Both the position numbers and the translations under genes were made by a program. From a virus (Duplodnaviria; Caudoviricetes): DNA of 63,784 nucleotides. The notes below the pieces were generated by a model. That model ran no database searches and was not told where the DNA came from. It saw nothing but the letters and a program-made list of their open reading frames with translations. Within the stretch, counting starts at the first letter, position 1, and each line of letters opens with the position of its first letter. The stretch spans positions 1-63,784 of the IMG/VR virus record IMGVR_UViG_3300045284_000147. One strand, written 5' to 3'. Positions 1 to 8,560 of the stretch are shown here, in pieces.

Positions 1-21
1 TGGTGCGAACTCTTCTACTCG

Positions 22-1236
22 ATGAAGGTGATCGAGGACGAGAACGTGCCGACGTTGTGCACGGACGGGCACCGCATGTGGGTGAATCCGACGTTCTTCA
101 ACGGACTCGCGCTCGACTACAAGATCACGGCGGTGGCGCACGAGTCGTGCCACAAGATGCTGCACCACTGCACGCGGGGGCTGGACTTCGATCCGCGCAT
201 CGGTGGCATTGCCGCCGACATCGTGGTCAACACGCTGCTCGCCGACAACGGGTTCAAGATTCACCCGAACTGGGTGCAGCCCGAGCCGAAGTACAAGGGG
301 TGGACGTTCGAGGCTGTCTACAGAGACCTTATGAAGAACGCCAAGACGCCCCAGCCGGGGCAGGGTGGCTGTGGTGGTATGCCCGGCCAGCCGAAACCGC
401 CCCAAAAAGGCGGGAAACCCGGCCAGCCGGGCAAGGATGACCAGCCTAGTGGGGGTGTGGGCATGCCCACACCCGGCGACCAGCCCGGCGAGGGGAAGGG
501 CAAGACCCCCGCCGAGGAGGTGCTGGAGGGGATGCCGCAGCAGTGGAAGGATGCGTGGCAGGACATCAAGAAGTTCAAGGGCACAGCCGCCGAGGTTGAG
601 AACTTCGAGCAGAAGATCGAGCAGCAGGTGGCCAAGGCAATCGCGACAGCGAAGGCGATGGGCCACGCCCCGGTAGGTGTCGAGATGGCGATGGACAACA
701 TTCGCGTGGTGATCACCGAGAAGTGGTACGACCACCTCGCGCGCTACATGCAGGCGTTGTCGATCAGCGAGTACAACTGGGCGCGCAACAACAAGCGGTA
801 CGCTGCCCTGTACGACATCGTTGCGCCCGACAACTACATGGAAGCGTTGGGCACGGTGATCTTCCTCGTTGACGCGTCAGGTTCCTGCTACACAGCGATA
901 GAGCAGGCGCGCTTCGCCGAGCACGTCAACGCGATACTTGGTGAGTGCAAACCGAGGAGGGTAATCGTCGCCTACTTCGACACCAAGGTGCATGCCGAGT
1001 ACGAGATGGACCCCGGCGAAGTTGAATTCGTACCCCACCCCAAGGGTGGCGGGGGTACGAGCTTTGTCGAGCCGCTGGAGTGGGTGGAGGAGCAGGATGT
1101 TCAGCCTGCGGTGGTGATCGTGCTGACCGACATGATGGGCACGTTCCCGATGCAGGAGCCGGGCTTCCCGGTGGTGTGGGCATCAACGATGAAGGGTATC
1201 AAGGCTCCGTTCGGAGAGCTGGTGGAAATTAACTAA
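22..1236 (+). CDS. DUF2201-type metallopeptidase + vWA domain protein (probably 5' truncated)
   Basis: TLCTDG..VNP, HExxH (HESCH), Pro/Gly/Gln linker, MIDAS-like VDASGS, GGGGTSF, VLTD. Confidence 0.85.
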   Translation: MKVIEDENVPTLCTDGHRMWVNPTFFNGLALDYKITAVAHESCHKMLHHCTRGLDFDPRIGGIAADIVVNTLLADNGFKIHPNWVQPEPKYKGWTFEAVYRDLMKNAKTPQPGQGGCGGMPGQPKPPQKGGKPGQPGKDDQPSGGVGMPTPGDQPGEGKGKTPAEEVLEGMPQQWKDAWQDIKKFKGTAAEVENFEQKIEQQVAKAIATAKAMGHAPVGVEMAMDNIRVVITEKWYDHLARYMQALSISEYNWARNNKRYAALYDIVAPDNYMEALGTVIFLVDASGSCYTAIEQARFAEHVNAILGECKPRRVIVAYFDTKVHAEYEMDPGEVEFVPHPKGGGGTSFVEPLEWVEEQDVQPAVVIVLTDMMGTFPMQEPGFPVVWASTMKGIKAPFGELVEIN

Positions 1237-1254
1237 CAAGGGAAAGGCACATCG

Positions 1255-1482
1255 ATGGCAGAGGTAACGAATTGGGTGAAGAATCTTGGGCGCGGCAAGC
1301 CCCACGCATGCGAGTTGAGTTCGTGGGGCATGGCGTTCAAGCAGATCGGCGGCAAGCCCGAGACTGTAGGGCTGACGTTCAAGGCTACGAACGGGACGTG
1401 GTTGTATGTGGAATTGTTTCCCGAAGAGGTGGAGAGGGTGGCCACCACAATGAAAGACTTTACCGATAGGAGAAAGGCATGA
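1255..1482 (+). CDS. hypothetical early protein
   Basis: Purine-rich RBS; ATGA overlap with the next gene. Confidence 0.7.
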   Translation: MAEVTNWVKNLGRGKPHACELSSWGMAFKQIGGKPETVGLTFKATNGTWLYVELFPEEVERVATTMKDFTDRRKA

Positions 1483-2075
1483 CCGAAGCAACCGTAGCAA
1501 AGAAGGAGAAGAAGCCCAAGGTCGAACGCTTCAAGGATGTCGCGGGCACCGTTGGTGAGTTCGTATCCGATGGCTGGTCCGAGATCAGCAGTCTCGGCGA
1601 GGAGTTCAGGGAAATCTGCGACAACACGTCGGACAACCTGCAGAACACCGACCTGTATTCCCGCCGGGATGAGACGGCGAGCGCGGTGGAAGGGCTGAAC
1701 GAGCCGAGCATCAGCTCAACCATTCTGGAGGAGCTGGACTGCAGCACGCGCATCGATCTCGGCAAGACATACCGTGGGCGGCAGACGCAGAGTCGTGCGT
1801 GCCGTGCATCGAACGCTGCTGCGTACATCCGTGCGGCGAGCGAGGCGGTGCAGGAGTGGCTCGATGAGCACGACGAGCTGCCCGATGCGGACTCGTCCGA
1901 TCCGGCATCGCTCAAGGCGCGGGCCGAGAAGATCGAGGAGCTGCAGACCGAGAACGAGAACTTCAACGTCGATGACTACGAGCAGGCGCGCAGCGAAGCG
2001 GATAGCCTCGCGGGCGAACTCTCGGAGCTGGCCGACGAAATCGATGGGATGGACTGGCCGGGAATGTTCGGCTGA
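1479..2075 (+). CDS. highly acidic hypothetical protein
   Basis: RBS AGGAGA; D/E-rich, helical-looking 198 aa. Confidence 0.8.
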   Translation: MTEATVAKKEKKPKVERFKDVAGTVGEFVSDGWSEISSLGEEFREICDNTSDNLQNTDLYSRRDETASAVEGLNEPSISSTILEELDCSTRIDLGKTYRGRQTQSRACRASNAAAYIRAASEAVQEWLDEHDELPDADSSDPASLKARAEKIEELQTENENFNVDDYEQARSEADSLAGELSELADEIDGMDWPGMFG

Positions 2076-2179
2076 TGCTCCCCACTGTATGCAAGTGCGG
2101 TATGCGCGCAGTTCCCGGCATGTCGGTATGTCGCCGCTGTTGGCTGCGTATCGTCATGGCCGTGCTGCGTAGGACTTAA
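2075..2179 (+). CDS. small Cys-rich peptide MLPTVCKCGMRAVPGMSVCRRCWLRIVMAVLRRT
   Basis: TGATG coupling to the upstream gene; CxC...CxxC; below the ORF-track cutoff. Confidence 0.5.
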   Translation: MLPTVCKCGMRAVPGMSVCRRCWLRIVMAVLRRT

Positions 2180-2192
2180 CCAAGGAGACTGA

Positions 2193-2498
2193 ATGACGAA
2201 GAGCAAGGCACCAACAGAGAAGGAAATCATCGCTGAGATGAAGAAGCTGGACAAGATGAAGCCGAAGGTGCGCCGTCGTTCGATGTTCGGCGACGACAAC
2301 CACGAGGCCATCGATGCCCAGCTCCACGTGCTGTCCAACAAACTGACGGAAGCGGACATCTACTCGAACTACGACACCGGCGACGACAACAACGGCGAAG
2401 TCAGCACGCACGTGCTCGACTCCGCGCTCGATGCGTATCGCTGGATGCAGGGCGAGGAAGTCGCGCCGTCCGAATCATGGGAAGGACTGACCAAGTGA
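2193..2498 (+). CDS. hypothetical protein
   Basis: RBS AAGGAG; typical codon usage. Confidence 0.8.
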   Translation: MTKSKAPTEKEIIAEMKKLDKMKPKVRRRSMFGDDNHEAIDAQLHVLSNKLTEADIYSNYDTGDDNNGEVSTHVLDSALDAYRWMQGEEVAPSESWEGLTK

Positions 2499-2689
2499 AA
2501 GACGCATGGCTGGCCGTAGTATCGAACTCCGATCTGAAGACCATCGCAGTCGGACCGTTCAGCAGTGAGCAACGGGCACAGGCATTCAAGGTCACGGTGG
2601 AAGAAAGGAAGCCGCTATGGACCGTGCTGCCGATGCAGTTGACGAGCGTCACCGACTTCGTTAACACGATGCGGTGGATGAAGGTATGA
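2495..2689 (+). CDS. hypothetical protein
   Basis: GTGA overlap start, coupled at both ends. Confidence 0.65.
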   Translation: MKDAWLAVVSNSDLKTIAVGPFSSEQRAQAFKVTVEERKPLWTVLPMQLTSVTDFVNTMRWMKV

Positions 2690-2841
2690 AGCTCACGCTC
2701 ACAACCAACGAGGGTGAGGTCATCGAGCAGTGGGACCTTGACGAGTACGATCTAACCAAGCAGCTCGCCCGCTCTTTCCTCGTGGGTGAGATCAGCAATC
2801 AGGTGGAGCTGCAAAAGAGGAAAGAACAACCGAAGGAATAG
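2686..2841 (+). CDS. hypothetical protein (51 aa, MKLTLTTNEGEVIEQW...)
   Basis: ATGA overlap; fills the gap; translated by hand. Confidence 0.6.
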   Translation: MKLTLTTNEGEVIEQWDLDEYDLTKQLARSFLVGEISNQVELQKRKEQPKE

Positions 2842-2842
2842 C

Positions 2843-3091
2843 ATGGCACAACTAACTAGCAGAAAGTCGGACTGCCCGACGCGTCCGTTCCACTTGTGGA
2901 ATGCGACGACGAACAGGCGCTTGGCCAGCAAGTTCTACTCCGATGTCAAGAGAGCGCATTGGGGTGCCCTTAAAGAGATGCGCTGGGCCAAGGTAGGTAC
3001 CACGTACGAGGTGCTGGACGTGGTGAAGGGAAAGGAGCTGGGGCAGTATACCCGGCGGGTTAACTCGATCGATTTCACCAACGGGAAATAA
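2843..3091 (+). CDS. hypothetical protein
   Basis: RBS AAGGA before ATG 2843. Confidence 0.7.
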   Translation: MAQLTSRKSDCPTRPFHLWNATTNRRLASKFYSDVKRAHWGALKEMRWAKVGTTYEVLDVVKGKELGQYTRRVNSIDFTNGK

Positions 3092-3094
3092 CCA

Positions 3095-3412
3095 ATGAGC
3101 ACACCGTGGACCAAGGAACGAACCGAGAAATTTCGGGCGACGATGGCGGCAAAGAAAGCGGATCGTCAGGCCAGCAATGGCGAAGACAACGATCCGAGCA
3201 CAGCGGCATTGACCAAGCTCGTGAAGGAGACGAAAGCGAAGAAGCGCAGGAAGAAGAAGGTGCAGTCGATCCCGCTCGACGCCATCCCCGACGTGCCGAA
3301 GAAACCGCCGCGCAAGCCCAGCTACGCGAAGGGTCATCCCAACGTGATAACCAAGGAATGGGCGGCGATGGAGATCGTGCGGCTCACCATGTGGTTGGCT
3401 GGCCAGAAATAA
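3095..3412 (+). CDS. basic hypothetical protein
   Basis: Lys-rich ORF in the operon. Confidence 0.7.
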   Translation: MSTPWTKERTEKFRATMAAKKADRQASNGEDNDPSTAALTKLVKETKAKKRRKKKVQSIPLDAIPDVPKKPPRKPSYAKGHPNVITKEWAAMEIVRLTMWLAGQK

Positions 3413-3427
3413 CCGGTACTGTAGTCC

Positions 3428-3453
3428 GCGCGTGTGTGCATGCACACACGCGC
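3428..3453. promoter_or_regulatory. 26-bp perfect palindrome, core GTGTGTGCATGCACACAC (copy 1)
   Basis: GCGCGTGTGTGCA|TGCACACACGCGC, intergenic, just upstream of RBS GGAGA; preceded by CGGTACTGTAGT at 3414-3425. Confidence 0.75.
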
Positions 3454-3469
3454 ACAACTAGGAGAAATC

Positions 3470-4252
3470 ATGAAGTGGACGTTTCGGAGATGTGCAGAGC
3501 ATTGGGACGGACGGCGGCAGAGCAACAACTATCGCAGCATCGCCAGTTGCGGTTGGAACCGCTCGCGCGAGTACATGGAGTGGAACAAGATCGACAAGTG
3601 CTTCGATCTTACGTTGCATAACACCGTCGTGGTTCGGGTGTTCCAAAACAAGTTCCAGATCAACTGCGGAGGTTGGTGGACGCAGCTCACGCGCAAGAAA
3701 ATCCACGAGTGGTGCGGGGTGCATCTCAGCTCGTGCTACCCGAGGAAGAAATACGTCGAGAACGAGTTCGTCTGGAGCGGCGGCAAGATGGTCTCGGTGT
3801 ATTACAACCACATGGAGTTCAACAACGACGGGGAACCGCTCAAGCCGCTCAACCCGACAGGGTACAAACTCATCAAGGGCAGCACGAAAGAGTTCAACGA
3901 TCTGGCGAAGCGTGTGCGCAACAAGATCATGCCGCGCGTGCTGATCGGCGAGTTCGAGGAGATGACCGGGCGCAAGCTGGAGGAAAGCGAGGTATACGAC
4001 CTACTGGAGTACGTGGACGAGCACCGGGACGAGTACCTCTCAACCGATGAGCTTGAGCCATTGTTCCGGTGTCGGCCGAAGATGTCGTTCGGCAGGCAGC
4101 GGCAACCGTGGCACCGGCACTCCGATGCCAACGAGCGCACGGCATTGCAATGCCTGCACGCGAACATCGCTGCGGCAAGACGGTACTGGATGAGCGACAC
4201 CCGGCACAAGCACTTCTACACAACCGTGCCAAAGGAGTTCGATGCAAACTGA
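3470..4252 (+). CDS. hypothetical protein
   Basis: RBS AGGAGA before ATG 3470; 260 aa. Confidence 0.8.
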   Translation: MKWTFRRCAEHWDGRRQSNNYRSIASCGWNRSREYMEWNKIDKCFDLTLHNTVVVRVFQNKFQINCGGWWTQLTRKKIHEWCGVHLSSCYPRKKYVENEFVWSGGKMVSVYYNHMEFNNDGEPLKPLNPTGYKLIKGSTKEFNDLAKRVRNKIMPRVLIGEFEEMTGRKLEESEVYDLLEYVDEHRDEYLSTDELEPLFRCRPKMSFGRQRQPWHRHSDANERTALQCLHANIAAARRYWMSDTRHKHFYTTVPKEFDAN

Positions 4253-4508
4253 GAAAGAAATCATGGAAGAAGTGCGGCAGCGGGTGATCCGTCTGGAAAC
4301 GCGACTCATGATTCTCGGCACCAAGATGGGGTTCGATCTGAAGGACGACGACTACATCGAAGTTGACCGTGAAATGAAACTTGTGGTGCTGCAGACGCTC
4401 GACGTGCCGTACACCAGCGTGATCCGAGCGTGCCGTCGCGCCGGGCTGCACAAACAGAAGGTACGCGTGTATCACAACAACGAACTGATCGCGGAGATGC
4501 CGGTATGA
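4242..4508 (+). CDS. hypothetical protein
   Basis: RBS AAGGAG. Confidence 0.75.
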   Translation: MQTEKEIMEEVRQRVIRLETRLMILGTKMGFDLKDDDYIEVDREMKLVVLQTLDVPYTSVIRACRRAGLHKQKVRVYHNNELIAEMPV

Positions 4509-4633
4509 GGGACTTGAAGAATCGCGGGTTGTGGCGTTATCGCCAGCTCTTGCTGGTGCTGGCGAGCACGTTGATATTCGTCAGCGGGTTCGCGGTGGGG
4601 GTGGGCTGCGCATACGTGCAGCTCACCCACTGA
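4505..4633 (+). CDS. small membrane protein
   Basis: ATGA overlap; one hydrophobic segment LLLVLASTLIFVSGFAVGVGCAYV. Confidence 0.55.
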   Translation: MRDLKNRGLWRYRQLLLVLASTLIFVSGFAVGVGCAYVQLTH

Positions 4634-4634
4634 G

Positions 4635-4955
4635 GTGGGGATACCGCAGGGAGGGTTGATCGTGACGGAGCGCACCGAGGTATTCACAGTGTACGCAGCA
4701 AAGAACGGCTACTACGCCGAGGTGCGCGGGGCAGGGATCGTCATTGGTACAACCCTATCAGAGTGCTGTACGGCAGCGCAGGCCGCAGCCGCCGAGGTTG
4801 TGCTGGCTGGCGAGCAGGAGCCGGACACGCTGGCGCAGGCGGCGAAGCAGATGGCAGACGCAGCCCGGCAAACGCGGGACAACATGGCGTTCTCAACCCT
4901 CCTTGGAGGGTTTAGCGGGGGCGGTGGTGGAGGTGGTAGTAACCAAAAGGGTTGA
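4635..4955 (+). CDS. hypothetical protein (start may be GTG 4662)
   Basis: Ala-rich ORF; GGAGG precedes GTG 4662. Confidence 0.6.
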   Translation: MGIPQGGLIVTERTEVFTVYAAKNGYYAEVRGAGIVIGTTLSECCTAAQAAAAEVVLAGEQEPDTLAQAAKQMADAARQTRDNMAFSTLLGGFSGGGGGGGSNQKG

Positions 4956-4980
4956 CTTACAGGACTAACAGGTGTATTTT
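4952..4980 (+). promoter_or_regulatory. sigma70-like promoter
   Basis: TTGACT-N17-TATTTT upstream of the HTH gene. Confidence 0.55.
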
Positions 4981-5032
4981 GGTGTTTCGCTCCCCGGCGA
5001 TTTCCGGGGTTAACTTGAAAGGGAAATACGAA

Positions 5033-5275
5033 ATGGCTGCACCAACAATCAGGAAAACGACCGACATCAATCTGGTCCGCAAGACCATCGCCAAGGCAAT
5101 CGAGGCGAAGTACGGAACGATGACCGCGTACGCCAAGAGTGTGAATGGCGGCGAGGGAGTGTCGTTGCAATACATCAGCAACGTGATGGCGGGCAACAAG
5201 CCGATCCCCGACTGGATGCTCAAGCGATTCAAGATCAAGCACGTCGTGAACGAGCACTGGGAAGTGACGGTGTGA
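5033..5275 (+). CDS. Cro/XRE-like helix-turn-helix regulator
   Basis: GTMTAYAK...GVSLQYISNVMAGNKPIP resembles an XRE HTH; has its own promoter. Confidence 0.65.
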   Translation: MAAPTIRKTTDINLVRKTIAKAIEAKYGTMTAYAKSVNGGEGVSLQYISNVMAGNKPIPDWMLKRFKIKHVVNEHWEVTV

Positions 5276-5472
5276 CCAAGGCTGACGCCGTAATCGTACT
5301 GATGCGGGATGCGCGTTCGGAACGTACCAGCAAAACATCGCTGGCGCGTGTCCGGCGCGCGTGCCGCGCCTTGGACCTGTCGCTTGACGACATGGATCGG
5401 GTGTTCTCGTATCTGGATTACGCGAACCCCACAACCCACGAGCTTTACAACCAGTACAAGGAGAAGACGTGA
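5272..5472 (+). CDS. hypothetical protein
   Basis: GTGA coupling. Confidence 0.65.
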   Translation: MTKADAVIVLMRDARSERTSKTSLARVRRACRALDLSLDDMDRVFSYLDYANPTTHELYNQYKEKT

Positions 5473-5648
5473 GCTGGTACGTCCAAATCAAAGAGATCGA
5501 AACCGGGAACGTGATCAAGGAGATCGAGTCGGGCAGCGAGAGCCGCGCCGAGCGCGTCGAACGTGGCGTGCAGATCAACCTGAACCACGAACGCTTCTAT
5601 ACCTCAGTGGTAGAGAAGCAGGAGGGACCCGATGCAATGGCCGGTTGA
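5469..5648 (+). CDS. hypothetical protein (59 aa, MSWYVQIKEIETG...AERVERGVQINLNHERF)
   Basis: GTGA coupling, RBS AAGGAG; translated by hand. Confidence 0.65.
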   Translation: MSWYVQIKEIETGNVIKEIESGSESRAERVERGVQINLNHERFYTSVVEKQEGPDAMAG

Positions 5649-6123
5649 AGTACCGGCGCTGACGGAAGAAGAAGCAAAGCGGGCGGTGCGCAAGTTGCAC
5701 CGCTTCGCTTTGGGCGAGACGTGGAGGGGACCAGTTGTCATCACGAGTGGCAATCGTCACACGTGGATCGACGGTGGAACCTTTCGCGTCAACCCCAGCA
5801 GTTGGCGGGAGATGATCAGAGAGTTGTCATGGTTGTTCTTCACTCTCGCCAACCCCGGCATGCGCCGCAACCCGAAGGACATCGAACGTCTCGAAGACAA
5901 ACTCATCAAGGAGGTAATCAAGCGAGGTTGGCTCGCGAACGGACTGAAGACGCAGGAGGAACCCGAGCTGCTGCGTGAGGTACGTGAGCACAAGGAACTG
6001 ATCAAGCGGCTCGACGCAGCAGTGGTACGCTGGGAGGGCAAGCTCGTGAAGGCACAGCGCGACATCATCCGTGCCAAGAAGGGCGTGATCAAGGCACGAC
6101 GAGAAAGGAAGAAACATCCATGA
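5632..6123 (+). CDS. hypothetical protein
   Basis: RBS GGAGG; C-terminal coiled coil. Confidence 0.75.
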   Translation: MQWPVEVPALTEEEAKRAVRKLHRFALGETWRGPVVITSGNRHTWIDGGTFRVNPSSWREMIRELSWLFFTLANPGMRRNPKDIERLEDKLIKEVIKRGWLANGLKTQEEPELLREVREHKELIKRLDAAVVRWEGKLVKAQRDIIRAKKGVIKARRERKKHP

Positions 6124-6311
6124 CCAAGATCGAGATAGCACAGAAGATCAACACGATTCTCAGCGAGTGTGCCACCAGCACTCCGGTGGAAGACATACGC
6201 GCGATGGGGACAGCCATGGTGAAGATCGCGGACGCCTTGGAGGGACGATCAGCCGAAGAGGCTAAGCGCATCATGCAGATGGCTGCTCTATCGTTGGAGG
6301 GCGAACCATGA
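6120..6311 (+). CDS. hypothetical protein
   Basis: ATGA coupling. Confidence 0.65.
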   Translation: MTKIEIAQKINTILSECATSTPVEDIRAMGTAMVKIADALEGRSAEEAKRIMQMAALSLEGEP

Positions 6312-6541
6312 GCGGTGGTGTGGTCTGCCAGTGTCTCACCGGCACGCTGAAGCAACGCAAGGCACGGCGCAAGACGGCGTGGGAGGTAACGCAGCGCAAC
6401 TGCAACCACTCAACCTTCAATGGTAACCGTCGAGCGGCATCGTCCTACTCAGCGGTTCACTGCCTACTATGCCACGCAAGCTGGCGCACCAAGGCACAGT
6501 ATGTCGATGAGCTGCCGGACATGCAGGGAGGGGCGAGATGA
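6308..6541 (+). CDS. Cys-rich hypothetical protein (possible Zn finger)
   Basis: CQC...CLLC; coupled to the polymerase gene. Confidence 0.65.
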   Translation: MSGGVVCQCLTGTLKQRKARRKTAWEVTQRNCNHSTFNGNRRAASSYSAVHCLLCHASWRTKAQYVDELPDMQGGAR

Positions 6542-8358
6542 AATCCTGCGTGGTTGACTTCGAGACCTACTGGTCCGACGAATACTCCGTGTCGAAGATG
6601 ACGACCGAGGCGTACGTACGTGACCCGCGCTTCGAGACCATCCTGTGCGGGTTCAAGACGGGCAACAACCTGCCGCACTGGGTGCCCGGTCCCGAGGTAG
6701 GCGAGCACATCCAGAGGCTCAAGCTCGATGGGTACGCAGTGATCGCGCACCACGCTCACTTCGACGGGTTGATCCTGTCGCACCACTATGGTGTGACACC
6801 TGCGTACTGGATCGACACGCTGTCGATGTCGCGCGTGGTGCACGGGGCCAAGGGTGGCAACTCGCTGGCCGTGCTGGCCGAGAGGCACGGGCTGGGTACC
6901 AAGGGCGACGAGGTGAACGTGGCGAAGGGCATGCGCTACAAGGACTTCAGCAAGAACGCGCTGCTCAACTACGGCATGTACTGCTGCAACGACTGCGACA
7001 TCGAGTACAAGCTCGCCAAGCTGCTGGGCACACGCTTCCAGCGGCAGGAGCTGGACCTGATCGACAAGACCATCCGCATGTTCACCGAGCCGGTGCTGGA
7101 GCTGAACGCACCCAAGCTGGTTAAGTACAAGGAACAGTTGCGCGTGCAGAAGGTGTCGCTGCTGATGCAGGCAGGCGTGCAGCTCGCCGACATCATGAGC
7201 AACCAGAAATTCGCCGAGGTGCTCACCTTCTTGGGTGTGGACATACCAATGAAGGTGAGCAAGACCACCGGCAAGTGGACGTACGCGTTCGCCAAGACCG
7301 ATCCCGGCATGCAGTTGCTTGCCGAGCACCCTGACGATCTTGTGCAGGCAGTGATCGCAGCAAGACTGAATGCAAAATCCACGATCAACGAGACACGGGC
7401 GCAGCGGCTGATCGAGATGGGCGGGCGTGGCACTGCCTGCGTATACATCAACCACGCAGGTGCAGGACAGACGATGCGTGCGTCCGGCGGCGACAAGATG
7501 AACTGGCAGAACTTCCAGCGTGGCGGCGTGCTGCGCGAGTCGGTCGAAGCACCGGACGGATACGAGCTGGTCGTTGGCGACTCCAGTACCATCGAGTCGC
7601 GCATCCTCGACTGGTTAGCCGGGCAGGATGATCAGGTCGAGGCATACCGTGCGTACGATGCAGGCGTGGGGCCGGACATCTACTGTCTGATGGCCGAGAA
7701 AATCTACGGCCGGGTGATCGAGAAGGAGAGAGACCCCGACGAGCGATTCCTTGGCAAGACCACCAAGCTGGGGCTGGGCTTCGGCATGGGGCACGAGAAG
7801 TTCGGGCTGTCGGTCAAGTCTCAATCCAAGGGGAAGATAGTGCTCGCCCCGTTGCAGGCGCTCAACGTCGTCACGATCTATCGGCTGTCGCATAAGCAGG
7901 TAATGAAGCTGCACAAACGGTGCGAGGAAGCCTTGGAGATGATCTCCAGCGGGATCGTGGGCGCGAAGGTGGACTACCGGGGTATCGTGACCACCACCGA
8001 GGACGGACTGCTGCTGCCGAACGGACTGGTGATTAAGTACCGAGACTTGGAGCACGGCGAGGACGGCTGGTCGTACTACGACGGCAAGTCACGGCAGAAG
8101 ATTTACGGAGGGAAGGTAGTAGAGAACATCGTGCAGGCGCTTGCCAGAATAGTCGTGATGTATCAGACTCTGCTGGTGCCGCGCAGGCTGGTGCTGTCGG
8201 TGCATGACGAGGGTGTCTGGTGCGTTCGCATCAAGGACGTGATCGAGACAGAGTTTGAAGTCAGTCGGGCGCTGCGTACCCCACCAGCATGGGCGTCCGA
8301 CTTGCCGTTGAACTGCGAGGTGGGATCACACAAGTCGTATGGAAAGGCTAAACCATGA
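6538..8358 (+). CDS. polA: DNA polymerase family A with 3'-5' exonuclease domain
   Basis: ExoI DFETY, ExoII HHAHFD, ExoIII YCCND; motif A GDSSTIESR, motif B RFLGKTTKLGLGFG, motif C VHDE. Confidence 0.95.
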   Translation: MKSCVVDFETYWSDEYSVSKMTTEAYVRDPRFETILCGFKTGNNLPHWVPGPEVGEHIQRLKLDGYAVIAHHAHFDGLILSHHYGVTPAYWIDTLSMSRVVHGAKGGNSLAVLAERHGLGTKGDEVNVAKGMRYKDFSKNALLNYGMYCCNDCDIEYKLAKLLGTRFQRQELDLIDKTIRMFTEPVLELNAPKLVKYKEQLRVQKVSLLMQAGVQLADIMSNQKFAEVLTFLGVDIPMKVSKTTGKWTYAFAKTDPGMQLLAEHPDDLVQAVIAARLNAKSTINETRAQRLIEMGGRGTACVYINHAGAGQTMRASGGDKMNWQNFQRGGVLRESVEAPDGYELVVGDSSTIESRILDWLAGQDDQVEAYRAYDAGVGPDIYCLMAEKIYGRVIEKERDPDERFLGKTTKLGLGFGMGHEKFGLSVKSQSKGKIVLAPLQALNVVTIYRLSHKQVMKLHKRCEEALEMISSGIVGAKVDYRGIVTTTEDGLLLPNGLVIKYRDLEHGEDGWSYYDGKSRQKIYGGKVVENIVQALARIVVMYQTLLVPRRLVLSVHDEGVWCVRIKDVIETEFEVSRALRTPPAWASDLPLNCEVGSHKSYGKAKP

Positions 8359-8558
8359 AGGGCAACCAACGGAAGTCGGAACTACAACAAGAAACCGAAG
8401 AGCTGCTGCACAAGATGTCACCCGAGCAGGTTCTCATGTTCGCGAAGTTGATACGCAAAGCGTACGTGAGTCAGGTGGCGAAGACCGAGCGCAAGCTCGA
8501 CCCGGCACTGCTGCGCGACATCGACAAGGGCATCGCGCTGCTAACCAACAGGAGTTAA
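8355..8558 (+). CDS. hypothetical protein
   Basis: ATGA coupling. Confidence 0.65.
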   Translation: MKGNQRKSELQQETEELLHKMSPEQVLMFAKLIRKAYVSQVAKTERKLDPALLRDIDKGIALLTNRS

Positions 8559-8560
8559 CC

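Noticed and set aside
6538-8358. DpoZ / 2-aminoadenine genome
   Set aside because: No PurZ, DatZ or MazZ-like genes were recognised in the window.
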